64,000 nt of DNA, from NCBI RefSeq assembly GCF_963921235.1, contig NW_026948113.1, forward strand, positions 434,001 to 498,000. Direction: 5' to 3'. Shown in pieces: positions 1 to 10,597 of this stretch. The position numbers and the translations under genes are program-made. Origin of the DNA: Mobula hypostoma. Taxonomy: Eukaryota. Within the stretch, counting starts at the first letter, position 1; every line of letters begins with the position of its first letter. The notes below the pieces were generated by a model, which made no database searches, was not told the origin of the DNA, and saw only the letters and a list, made by a program, of their open reading frames with translations.

Positions 1-399
1 TTAAATTGTTGTCACATGTACTGAGGTACACTGAAAAATCTTTGTACTGCATGCCATCCACAGATAATTGCATTACAATTGCACATTGAGATAATACAAG
101 GGGCAAAAATAGCAAAATGGAAAGCAACTTGTAACAGTTACAGAGGAAGTAGAGAGCAGGCACACAGTAAGGAGCAAGGGCCACAGTATGGTTGATCGTG
201 ACATCAAAGGTTAAACGTGCCGTACTATGGAACTCTACAATACTGTTATAACAGCAAAATAGAAGCTGTCCTTGATCATCAGTGTGTGCTTTCAGGCTTT
301 CGTACCTTCTGCTCAGCAGAAGGTGGGGGAAGAAGAAAGAATTTATGGTGCAGGCGATGTCTTATTCACTGGAGCTTAGGAGAATGGGGTGATCTTATG

Positions 400-850
400 C
401 ATATTAACGAAGGAAGGAAGTCATTAAACTGGAAAAGGTGTACAAAATATTCTCAAGAACGTTGCCAAGAAAGGTACACTTGAATTAGAAGGGGAGGTAG
501 CATAGCTTGGCATTATTTTCCCTTGAATGTAAGAGGTTGAGATATATAGAAAAACGTATAAAATCATAAAGAGCATAGAGAGGATGAATGCACAATCTTT
601 TTCCCAGGATTTGGGCATCAGGAACTTTAGGACAAAGGTTTAAGGTGATTAGTGAAAAATTATAATAGAAACCGGAGGGCCAACATTCTCAAGCAGAAGT
701 TGTCAGCACAGGGAAGGAGATGCAAGAGAAAGTGGTTTTGGCAGCTACATTAACAACATTTTAAACAAAAAAAAAAAAATCACTGGAACCAGTAGGTAGA
801 CAGGAAATGTTTGGTAGTATATGGGCCATGGTAGGAATCTTGGTTGGCAT
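400..850 (+). mobile_element. Decayed CR1-type LINE 3' fragment
   Basis: Sequence resembles the CR1 RT C-terminal region and 3' tail seen in younger copies in this window. Boundaries approximate. Confidence 0.6.
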
Positions 851-1529
851 AGACCAGTTGTGCAGATGGCCTGTTTTTGTTCCGTAAGGGTCTATGACTT
901 CTCTAAATGTCAGTCATTTCTCAGCCAGGCAGTGGCCATTGGACAGTCAGACCTTGACCCACAGGCCCAATCACTTCTCAGTTGTTTCTTTCCTTGAGCA
1001 TCTATTATGTTTCTTTGGCCCATAACTCATAATTGCTTCTTACGACTGAACACAAACAAGAGAAAATCTGAAGATACTGTAACCTTGTAAATAATAACTT
1101 TCAGCAAGGACATGGGACATGTTTTTTGAAGAAAGAAACTTTCAGAGGCGTGTAAGAGAAGAATGGAGCTACTTGATCAGCTCTTTCAAAGTGGTAGACA
1201 CGGTGGTAAAGAAAGCCTACAGGATTTATTAATCAGGGCATAAAATATAATTTGTTTTATTTAGAGAAACAGTACAGACCAGGCCCTGCTGGACCAATGC
1301 ACTACACCATCCAACAACCCACCTATTTAACACCTGTCTCATCATAGGACAATTTACAATGACGAATTAACCCACTAGCTGGTACGTCTGTGGACTATGG
1401 GAGGAAGCCGGAGCAGCCAGAGGATATCCAGGCAGTTCATGGAGAGAACGTGCAAACTCTTACAGACGGCATTGGAACTGAACTCTGAACTACACTACCA
1501 TGGTGTTCTGTGAAGCTCTGGTACAGCTT

Positions 1530-2170
1530 TACTGAGGAGATGCATCATCGGGTCAGTCAAAGAGGTAGGTATAGTGATGAACAAAGTGTACAGGATACGA
1601 GTGTTCATTAATATGGGCACAGAATACAAAACCAAGGAAATTAGGGTACAGCTTTACAAAACATTACCTAGGCTACATCCCAAGTACTTGATGCATTTGT
1701 GGTCACCAGCCCAGAGGAACAATTTGATTGCATGGGACAGAGTACACAGGATATTCACCAGGATTTTATTGGGATGCAATGTTTCAGTGAAGAGGCCAGG
1801 TTTGATTTCCCTGAACGGGAGGAGGCTGAGAGAGGAGCTGATGGCATTATACAAAATTGTTAGGGGCATTGAAAGGAAAGATGTACAAAATGCTGAAAGA
1901 GCAAAGCTTTTTTTTACTGCAGTAGTTTGTATACTGCTCCCACTTAATTTCTTTTATAAAACAGCAGCAAACTTTTCCCCATAGCAGAGGTGCTTATTAC
2001 TGTAGAGGTAGGTTTAAGGCAAGGATTAAGAGATTTAGAGAGAATAGAGAGAAGATTTTTTTTTAATTAATGGGTTAGCGGGAGATGGGAATGCTCTGCC
2101 TAAGGGGCTGGTATAGGCAGACACTCTCACAGCGTTTAAAAATTATTTTGATATCTACGAAGTATAAGAA
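1530..2170 (+). mobile_element. Decayed CR1-type LINE 3' fragment
   Basis: ORF 1574..1984 contains 'EYKTKEIRVQLYKTL.RLHPKY' and 'RRLREELMALYKIVRGI', matching the CR1 ORF2 C-terminus. Confidence 0.75.
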
Positions 2171-2461
2171 GCTGCAGAGAATTGTTGACACAGTCAGCTC
2201 CATCATGGGCAGAACCCACCCCACCACCGAAGACATCTTCAAGCGGTAGTGCTTCAAGAAGGTGGCATCTATTACTCAGGACCCTTGCCATCTGGGACAT
2301 GCCCTCTTCTCCTTTAATGCAATCAGGGAAAAGGTACAGGACTCACAAAGAAGACACTAATCAGAAACAACAGGAATTCTGCAGCTGCTGGAAATTCAAG
2401 CAACACACATCAAAGTTGCTGGTGAACGCAGCAGGCCGGGCAGCATCTCTAGCAAGAGGTG

Positions 2462-2499
2462 CAGTCGACGTTTCAGGCTGAGACCCTTCGTCAGGACTA
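2462..2499 (-). ncRNA. Minimal type I hammerhead ribozyme (PLE terminus)
   Basis: UAGUC-CUGACGA-AGGGUCUCAGCCU-GAAAC-GUC/GACUG: complete core, stem II present, stem I pairs. Confidence 0.75.
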
Positions 2500-2792
2500 A
2501 CTGAAGGAAGAGTGAGTCAGGGATTTGAAAGTTGGAGGGGGAGGGGGAGATCCAAAATGATAGGAGAAGACAGGAGGGGGAGGGATGGAGCCAGGAGCTG
2601 GACAGGTGATTGACAAAAGGGATACGAGAGGATCATGGGACAGGAGGTCCGGGGAGAAAGACAAGGAGCTGGGGGACCCAGAGGATGGGCAAGGGGTATA
2701 TTCAGAAGGACAGAGAGAGAAAAAGGAGAGTGAGAGAAAGAATGTGTGTATAAAAATAAATAACAGATGGGGTATGAGGGGGAGGTGGGGCA

Positions 2793-3086
2793 TCAGCAGA
2801 AGTTAGAGAAGTCGATGTTCATGCCATCAGGTTGGAGGCTACCCAGACGGAATATAAGGTGTTGTTCCTCCAACCTGAGTGTGGCTTCATCATTACAGTA
2901 GAGGAGGCCGTGGATAGACATGTCAGAATGGGAATGGGATGTGGAATTAAAATGTGTGGCCACTGGGAGATCCTGCTTTCTCTGGTGGACAGAGCGTAGG
3001 TGTTCAGCAAAGCGGTCTCCCAGTCTGCGTCGGGTCTCGCCAATATATAAAAGGCCACATCGGGAGCACCGGACGCAGTATATCAC
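2793..3086 (-). CDS. PLE GIY-YIG endonuclease domain (fragment)
   Basis: 'IYCVRCSRCGLLYIGETRRRLGDRFAEH...ATHFNSTSH...EEQHLIFRLGSLQPDGMN'. Confidence 0.9.
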   Translation of the reverse strand: MIYCVRCSRCGLLYIGETRRRLGDRFAEHLRSVHQRKQDLPVATHFNSTSHSHSDMSIHGLLYCNDEATLRLEEQHLIFRLGSLQPDGMNIDFSNFC

Positions 3087-4086
3087 CCCAGCCGACTCAC
3101 AGGTGAAGTGTTACCTCACCTGGAAGGACTGTTTGGGGCCCTGAATAGTGGTAAGGGAGGAAGTGTAAGGGCATGTGTAGCACTTGTTCCGCTTACATGG
3201 ATAAGTGCCAGGAGGGAGATCAGTGGGGAGGGATGGAGGGGATGAATGGACAAGGGAGTCGCGTAGGGAGCGATCCCTGCTGAATGCAGAGGGTGGGGGA
3301 GGGAAAGATGTGCTTAGTGGTGGGATCCCGTTGGAGGTGGCGGAAGTTACGGAGAATAATATGTTGGACCCGGAGGCTGGTGGGGTGGTTGGTGAGGACC
3401 AGGGGAACCCTATTCCTAGTGGGGTGGCGGGAGGATGGAGTGAGAGCAGATGTACGTGAAATGGGGGAGATGCGTTTAAGAGCAGAGTTGATAGTGGAGG
3501 AAGGGAAGCCCCTTTCTTTAAAAAAGGAAGACATCTCCCTCGTCCTAGAATGAAAAGCCTCATCCTGAGAGCAGATGCGGTGGAGACGGAGGAATTGCGA
3601 GAAGGGGATACTCTCGCAGCTATCTGGACTATTCCTCTTCTCACCCTGTCTCTTGCAAAAATGCCATCCCCTTCTCGCAATTCCTCAGTCTCCGCCGCAT
3701 CTGCTCTCAGGATGAGGCTTTTCATTCTACATTCCGTCTGGGTAGCCTCCAACCTGATGGCATGAACGTCGACTTGTCTAACTTCCACTAATACCCCACC
3801 TCCCCGTCGTAACCCATCTGTTACTTATTTTTATACACACATTCTTTCTCTCACTCTCCTTTTTCTCCCTCTGTCCCTCTGAATATACCCCTTGCCCATC
3901 CTCTGGGTTCCCCCGCCCTCCTTGTCTTTCTTCCCGGACCTCCTGTCCCATGATCCTCTCTTATCCCTTTTGCCAATCACCTGTCCAGCTCTTGGCTCCA
4001 TCCCTCCCCCTCCTGTCTTCTCCTATCATTTTGGATATCCCCCTCCCCCTCCAACTTTCAAATCCCTTACTCACTCTTCCTTCAGT

Positions 4087-4124
4087 TAGTCCTGACGAAG
4101 GGTCTCGGCCTGAAACGTCGACTG
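4087..4124 (+). ncRNA. Minimal type I hammerhead ribozyme (PLE terminus)
   Basis: UAGUC-CUGACGA-AGGGUCUCGGCCU-GAAAC-GUC/GACUG. Predicted cleavage after 4119. Confidence 0.75.
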
Positions 4125-4765
4125 CACCTCTTCCTAGAGATGCTGCTTGGCCTGCTGCGTTCACCAGCAACTTTGATGTGTGTTGCTCTAATCAGAAACA
4201 TCTTCTTTTCTTCCACCATTCATGAATGGTCATGAACCCATGAACACAACCTCATTATTCCAATTTTTGCACTAATTACTTCATTTTATAATTTATGTTA
4301 TCTTTCAGTCATGGAGAACTGCAGCACAGAAGCAGTCCATTTGGCCCATCTAGTCTGTCAAAATGCCATTCTGCTTATTCCCTTCAATCCACACCTGGGT
4401 CTAGACCTACATACTCTTCTCATCCACGCACCTTGGGCTGGCAGTCTTCCCTCCAGCTAGTAAATCTCACTAATAGTTACAGTATCATAATTTCATGAGT
4501 TGGTCCATGTTCTGAGCTCATACGCCTTTTATGTCTTTGCACTGTACTGCTGTTGCAAAAGATCAATTTTCATATCATAATTCTGACAAGCACTTGAATC
4601 ATCGAGGAAGAGAAGGCCGAAGTACAGACCAAGTACTGGTTGGAGCAGACTGGCACCAGAGGGTCAGCATGTATGTGGTGAGCCAAATGGCCTCCTTCAG
4701 TACTGTATGAATTTATGAACCACCACAACAGAATGAAGCAAATTCTGTACCGTACAATGACCTAC

Positions 4766-5040
4766 CTCCCTGCACCATCAGTACCCCAGCAGGCTGCTGT
4801 GCTTGACGTGACAGATATAGATGTTCGTATCATTATCCTGCAGCTCAATGACTAGTTCCATCCAGTATGTATCATTGTAGTTTGGTAGCACGGTCACCTC
4901 ATAGCCCTTGGAGACAACCTGTCCATTCTTCAGCCAAGTGGCATTGATAGCACGAGGGTAGAAGGGAGTGATGATGTATGGGAGACTCTCACCCTCAGTA
5001 GCTGTTGGCCTCTTTTTCAACACCTGAACCTCTGGAGCAA
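4766..5040 (-). pseudogene. MHC class I-like alpha3 (Ig C1) exon; first Cys replaced by Tyr, 1-nt frameshift near the 3' end
   Basis: Acceptor ttcattcttccccAG then phase-1 exon 'VAPEVQVL...SLPYIITPFYPRAINATWLKNG...VLPNYNDTY...YICHVKHSSL'. Donor GTAGGT at 4765-4760. Length 275 nt (3n-1). Confidence 0.88.
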
Positions 5041-5825
5041 CTGGGGAAGAATGAAGAATTAACGTCACTAACTCAACACAAACGTATATTATCTTACCAT
5101 TACAAATGGAAGTTACAGTGTCCAAGAGTGGGATTCTTACTCTTTACTGCCTCAGACCAGGACCTACCTCACCATTAATCACTATCCTGCCCGAAATCAT
5201 CTCCTCAGCTCAAGTCCATGCAGACCATAGCCAGCAGTAATTTTCATTCATCTGACAGGCCTAGATCAAGGTTACAGCCACCATTACCAATTTTTATGTC
5301 ACCCATAGTCCCAAGTCAATATTACCTCATATTCCAAGATTGATCATGCCATAATCACCCCAAATTATGTTTAGTTTACCAGCCTTAATTGGGAGATCCT
5401 TCAAAATTCCTGATCAAGAGATGCCCTCAATGTCCTGGATTGGGAGATCTGTTACTGTGTCTAAATGGAAGTTCCAACACAATCCTTGACTTGGACATCA
5501 TTCGTCACCTTCAACTGAGGTATCCTTCACCCCAGATAAGGAGATCGCTCACCATTCAGAATTGGGAGATCCCCCAGTGTCACAGATTGGGACCTCTGTC
5601 ATCTTCTTAGACCAGAACACTGCTCACCAAATTTGGTCATGGCACTTTGATTGTGAGTCCTCTCATTGTGCTGAATCAAAAACTCCCTCACAAACTCAGA
5701 ATCAGGCTGCCCCCATTCATTTGTGTCAAGACACCCCTGAACATCTCAGACCAGGAGTCCATCAATTGTCTGAAGCAGGAGTTCCCTCACAGAGCTTACA
5801 GTATGTAATCAGATGTTCCATTTGC

Positions 5826-6096
5826 CTTGCCTTTCAAGCTTCTCTCTGCCAAGCCGAAAAACCTTTCTGCAAATACTGGATGCAGCTACTGTTCAGCATA
5901 TAAATTTCAGGAATATCAGCAATATTAACTTGCTGAAGATAATCATTGACCAACATCAGGACACCAGTGGTAATACACTTCCCGGTGGTGAAGTCACAAA
6001 TGAGCTCTCCCAAACCTTGGCAGCCGATCTTGAGGAAGGTTTTGAATGTATTTGCAGACTGCGCGCAGCCCAGAAGCCCCTGGATGTATCTGATGC
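5826..6096 (-). pseudogene. MHC class I-like alpha2 exon (not in ORF track); +1 frameshift near the end
   Basis: Acceptor ggtcctttccAG then '(G)IRYIQGLLGCAQSANTFKTFLKIGCQGLGELICDFTTGKCITTGVLMLVNDYLQQVNIADIPEIYMLNSSCIQYLQK'. Shifting frame by one gives 'VFRLGREKLERQ'. Q96, G100, C101 and C164 align with class I numbering. Length 271 nt, GC donor. Confidence 0.85.
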
Positions 6097-6334
6097 CTGG
6101 AAAGGACCAACAGGTTAATCTGTGTTAGTGGCTGAATATTCCAATTCTTCAACCATTCCCACCTGCATAATGTCCTGCTAAACATGTAAATACCATGTGC
6201 ACTGTCTTGTGCAACACGTTCTCAGTAGGGTGAAGTATTTGACATGTCCCCTTTGACCCTCAGTCATGTTTATTGATGTACAATATAGGCATCACAGCTT
6301 GCTATGGCATCAGGTCTGCTCATGATCACAAGAA

Positions 6335-6539
6335 GAAGAAGAAGAAAGCCCGAGTGGAGTCATTGGGACGCCGTCATGATGGTGTTTTTTTAGCTGGCTT
6401 TCTTATTTTTAAAGAGGCCGAGTTGCTAGCTCGACGCTCAACCCAGCATGAATGGAAAGCGTGCAAGGGAGACGGCTGGATTCGAACTTGGGAGCCTTTG
6501 CTCAGAAGTTCAGTGCTGATGCCACTAGTCCACCGGCTA
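6335..6539 (-). mobile_element. tRNA-derived SINE with (TTC)n tail and 17-bp TSD
   Basis: Box A-like GGTGGACTAGTGG and box B-like AGTTCGAATCC on the minus strand. TSD GCTCATGATCACAAGAA at 6318-6334 and 6540-6556. Confidence 0.8.
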
Positions 6540-6639
6540 GCTCATGATCACAAGAAACTGCAAAAAGTTACGGATACAGATCAGCACACACAGTCTCCCC
6601 GCCTCCATACATTCTACCTACATTTCTTGCTGCTTCAGT

Positions 6640-8810
6640 AAATCAGACAACAAAATCAAAGACCCCATCCATCCACCAGCTTTAAATTGGGGTAGGGCAA
6701 ATTATAAGGGCATTAGGCAGGTACTAAGAAGCGATAATTGAGAACACTTTTTCTCTGGCAAATCTACAATAGACATGTGGAGTGTGTTTAAATATCAATT
6801 TCTAGAGTACAGGAAAAGTATGTTCCTGGTTAGAAAGAAGGACGGGGATGAACCTTGGATGTCCAGAAAGGTAATGAACTTCAACAAGAAGAAAAAGAGA
6901 AGTTATAAAAAGCTTTGGAAGTCAAATCAAACAAAGCATATGAGGAGTATAAACAATCCAGAAAAGAATGAAAGAAGGTAATTAGGAAAGCCAGGAGGGG
7001 CCATGAAAAATCCTTGACAAGTAGCATGAAGGTGAATCCCACGGCATTCTACACATACGTCACAGGATAAAAGGATAAGTAGGGAGAGGGTGGAACTGCT
7101 CAAGGATGAAGTGGGAAATACTTACTTGGATGCTAAGAATGTGAATGAAGTACTTAATAAGCACAGTGCCTCAGTATTTACCGGAGAAAAGGATATGGAG
7201 GACTTGGAGATCAGCACTGAGTGCAAAATACATTAGGGCATTTAGAGGTTAAGGAGAAAGCAGTGTTGGGCATCCTAAATAGGAGTTCCCACACTATCTG
7301 TGACTTGGACATCATTAGGAGTATTAAGGTGGATAAAGCCCCAGGGTTTGATGGGATTTACCCCCGATTCTTGTAGGAGGCAAGAGGTGAGATTTCTGGG
7401 CCCTTGACCAGCATCTTTGTGTCATATCTGGCCACAAGCAAGATTGTAGAGGACTGGTGAGTGGTTAATGTTGTACCGCTATTTAAGATGGGAACAAGGG
7501 AAAATCCTGGGAACTACAGACTGGTGAGTCTCACATCAGTTGTAGGGAAATTATTGAAGAGAATTCTTAGGGACGGGATTATGAGCATTTGGAAACCCAT
7601 GGCCTAATGAGAGAGCCAGCATGGCTTTGTGTGTGGCAAGTTGTGTCTTACCAACCTAACTGAGTTTTCTTTGATAAGGTGACAGAGAGATTGATGAAGG
7701 TAGGGCAGTGGAGGATTTCAGTAAAGCATTTAACAAAGTCCCTCATGGGAGGCTAATCCGGAAGATTAAGATCTATGGTTTCCATGGCAAATTGGCTGTT
7801 TGGATTTGGAACTGGCTTGCACGTAGAAGACAGAGGATGGTGGTTTAAGGGAACTATTCGAGCTTGAGGTCTGTGATTAGTAGAGTTGCACAGGGATTTG
7901 TGCTAGGACCTCTGCTGCTTGAGACGTATATAAATGACCAGGCTGAAAAGTAGATGGATGGGTTGGTAAATTTACGGTTGATACCAAGATTGGTGAAATT
8001 GTGGATAGTGTAGACGACTGGCAAAGGTTACAGCATAATACAGATCAGTTGCAGAAAAAATAGCAGTTGGAGTTTAACCCAGATAAATGTGGGGTGTTGC
8101 ACCTTGTAGGGCAAATGCAAGGATACAGTACTGTTAAGGGCAATGTCCTTAACAGTGTTGCTGAGCAGAGAGCTCTTGGGACCAAGTTCACAGCTCCTTG
8201 AAAGTGGCTACACAGGTCAACAAAGTGGTTAAAATGGAATGCTTGCTTTTATTAGTTGTGGCACTGAGTTCAAATTTCAGGAGGTTATGTTACAATTTAA
8301 TAAATCTCTGGTTCGGTCACATCTGGAGTATTGTCTGTGGATCTGGCCAACCCACTTGAGGAGGATGTTGAGGCTTTGGAGAGGATGATGAAGAGGTTCA
8401 CCAAGATGCTGCCTGGTTTAGAGGGCACATGCTATCACAAGAGGCTGGATTAACATGGGCTTCTTTGGAGCATGGGAGGACAAGGGGTGATCTGATAGAG
8501 GTTAAAGAGGGGCATGATTAGAGAGCATTTGTTCCCCAGGGTTGAAATGTCTAACACCAGAAGACATGTATAGAAGGTGAGAGGTGTTAGGTTCAAGAGG
8601 GATGTGAGGGGTAAGTCTTTTCTTTACTCAGAGTCATCGATGCCTAGTATAGTGGTAGAGGCAAATACATTAAAGGACTTTAAGAGACATTTGGATAGGC
8701 ACATTGATATAAGGAGGATGGATGTATATAGATGTGGTGTAGGTAGGACGGATTAGTGTTTGGGTGTTTTTGATTAGTGTTTTAGCCGGTTCAGCACAAC
8801 ACTGTTGTGC
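6640..8810 (+). mobile_element. Decayed CR1 LINE ORF2 in intron 2 of the class I-like gene
   Basis: Recognisable CR1 RT remnants (KAPG.DG, GNYRLVSLTSVVGKL, QHGFV, D.SKAFNKVPH equivalents) with many stops. Confidence 0.85.
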
Positions 8811-10142
8811 TCTTCTGTGTTCGATGACATTCTCTCTTCTTCCCCATCCCATAGGGCAGAAGATACAAAAGCCTGAAAACATATATCACCGGGGTCAAGG
8901 GCAGCTTTTATCCTGCTGTTATCAGTCTATATATAGTCCCCTGGTACAATAATATGAAATCCTGACCTCACAAACACCCGTATTATGGCTTTACACCTTA
9001 TGGTCTGCTTTCATTGCACTTTCTCTATGACTGTAACAACTCACACTGCATTCTGTTATTGCTTCCTCTTGCACCTCAATGTACTGTGGTAATGAAATGA
9101 CATGTACAGATGGCGTGCAAAATGAAGTTTTTCACTGGACCTTAGCAGATACGACAATAACAAATCAATTTACCAATTTACCATGAAGCACACAAAGCAA
9201 TGGCAAAGAGCATGGGATCACAGTGTTCTGCATGCAGTGTGTGGTACACATGACAGGATCAGTAATGAACATGAGCATGAGAGTGTGGCACAGTGGAATA
9301 TTGATGGTGGAGGGGGTGATCTGTACAGAGTGTACATCATTGCATGATGTAATGCAGGGGTCGTGTTGAAGGACTGTGTACTGCACATCAGTGTGTGGAG
9401 AAGGTAGCACACCAACATCTTTGCTTCGAAGTCTAAGGAGATTCAGCATGTCATTGAAAACTCTGACAAATTTATAGAAATCACATCCTAGTATTGAAAC
9501 TCTCTCCCATTGAGGACATTTACCAGTGAAGGTGACATTCTTCAACAGGGACAACCACCATCAGGGCCGTGTCCTCTTCCCCATGCTGCCATCAAGCATG
9601 AGTTCCAGTAGCCAGAAAACCCACACCTCAAGGTTTAGCACCTTTCCCTCCACTGCCATCAGGTTCTTGAACCAAGCTGAAAAACCCCAACATTACCTCT
9701 AATGATTTTTCTCTCAATTTGCACAAGTATCATTATGTTTTTGTACACATGCAAATTACATGTAATATATTTGAATTTTACTTTATATTAACTTATGTTT
9801 GCTTGACCTGTGCAAGGCCAGAGAGGCAGTGGATCTGATTCTCGCTATTTCTCGGAGAAGATCAGTGTAGAGTGAGCGGTGGGTTCTCAGAAATAGATTC
9901 TCAGTGTGTTTTGAAGGGCAAAATTTCTCTTGCAAATGTGGGATACAAATGGAATGCTTTTAATTGAAGGTAAATATTTGTTATAGGATGTTGAGAGGGC
10001 ATACAACCCTTGAAAGATTTGAAACCAAGGATAGGAATTTTAAAACTGATACAACCTAATTGGGTCCATTGAAAGGTCAACATGTTTTCAGTGTGCAAGT
10101 CACTGTGAGCCTCGAAGAACAGCGGAGATCAAAGACACGTAC

Positions 10143-10391
10143 CAGGCATCGACACAAATGGAGTCAGATTATGAAGAAGTAAGTTTTTAATTATGTCCGG
10201 GATCTCTTTCTGGTTTTTCCAGTTGTTAGCTGAAAAGCCGTCCATGATCCACTCTTGCTTGGCTTCTACCCTCTGGATGGTGCTGTCATAGTAGCATATC
10301 TGCAGGTCATCCAACATCCCAACCATGGAGATGTACAGCAGCTCAGGAATGTTTATCGAATGGAGGTAGAAATATGTCAAGCTGTGGGAGA
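10143..10391 (-). CDS. MHC class I-like alpha1 exon (open, 83 codons)
   Basis: Acceptor ctttttttcAG then phase-1 exon 'SHSLTYFY...SMVGMLDDLQICYYDS...EAKQEW...NWKNQKEI'. Donor GTACGT at 10142-10137. Length 249 nt (3n). Confidence 0.9.
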
Positions 10392-10532
10392 CTGAAAAAA
10401 AGAAGAGAGTGAGAGAGGAGTGTGAGAAAATAACTAAGGATGCCCTCCATTTATAAGGCACAACTCAAAGGTCCGGTGGAAAACTGTCCACTTGCCCAAA
10501 TTAATGCATAGGCACACAGATTAGGCACTCAC

Positions 10533-10597
10533 CACCCCCCAGTGATTGGCTCCCCATCCACGTGGAACCACCACCACTAAAACAGGCCTTATTGCAT
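10533..10597 (-). pseudogene. Probable disrupted leader (signal peptide) exon of the class I-like gene
   Basis: ATG at 10597 and GTGAGT donor at 10532-10527 give a 141-nt intron to alpha1. The hydrophobic 'RPVLVVVV' and the phase-1 end 'WMGSQSLGG' are in different frames. Confidence 0.5.

Larger units (their letters stand above)
2370..4187. mobile_element. Penelope-like element (PLE) insertion with inverted terminal segment and 13-bp TSD
   Basis: Minus-strand GIY-YIG region, then a plus-strand inverted partial copy from about 3636. TSD CTAATCAGAAACA at 2357-2369 and 4188-4200. The flanks rejoin into one Rex1-like 3' fragment. Confidence 0.9.

Noticed and set aside
9165-9554. ORF in intron 2 as the alpha2 exon
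   Set aside because: It is repeat and low-complexity derived; the real alpha2 is at 6096-5826.
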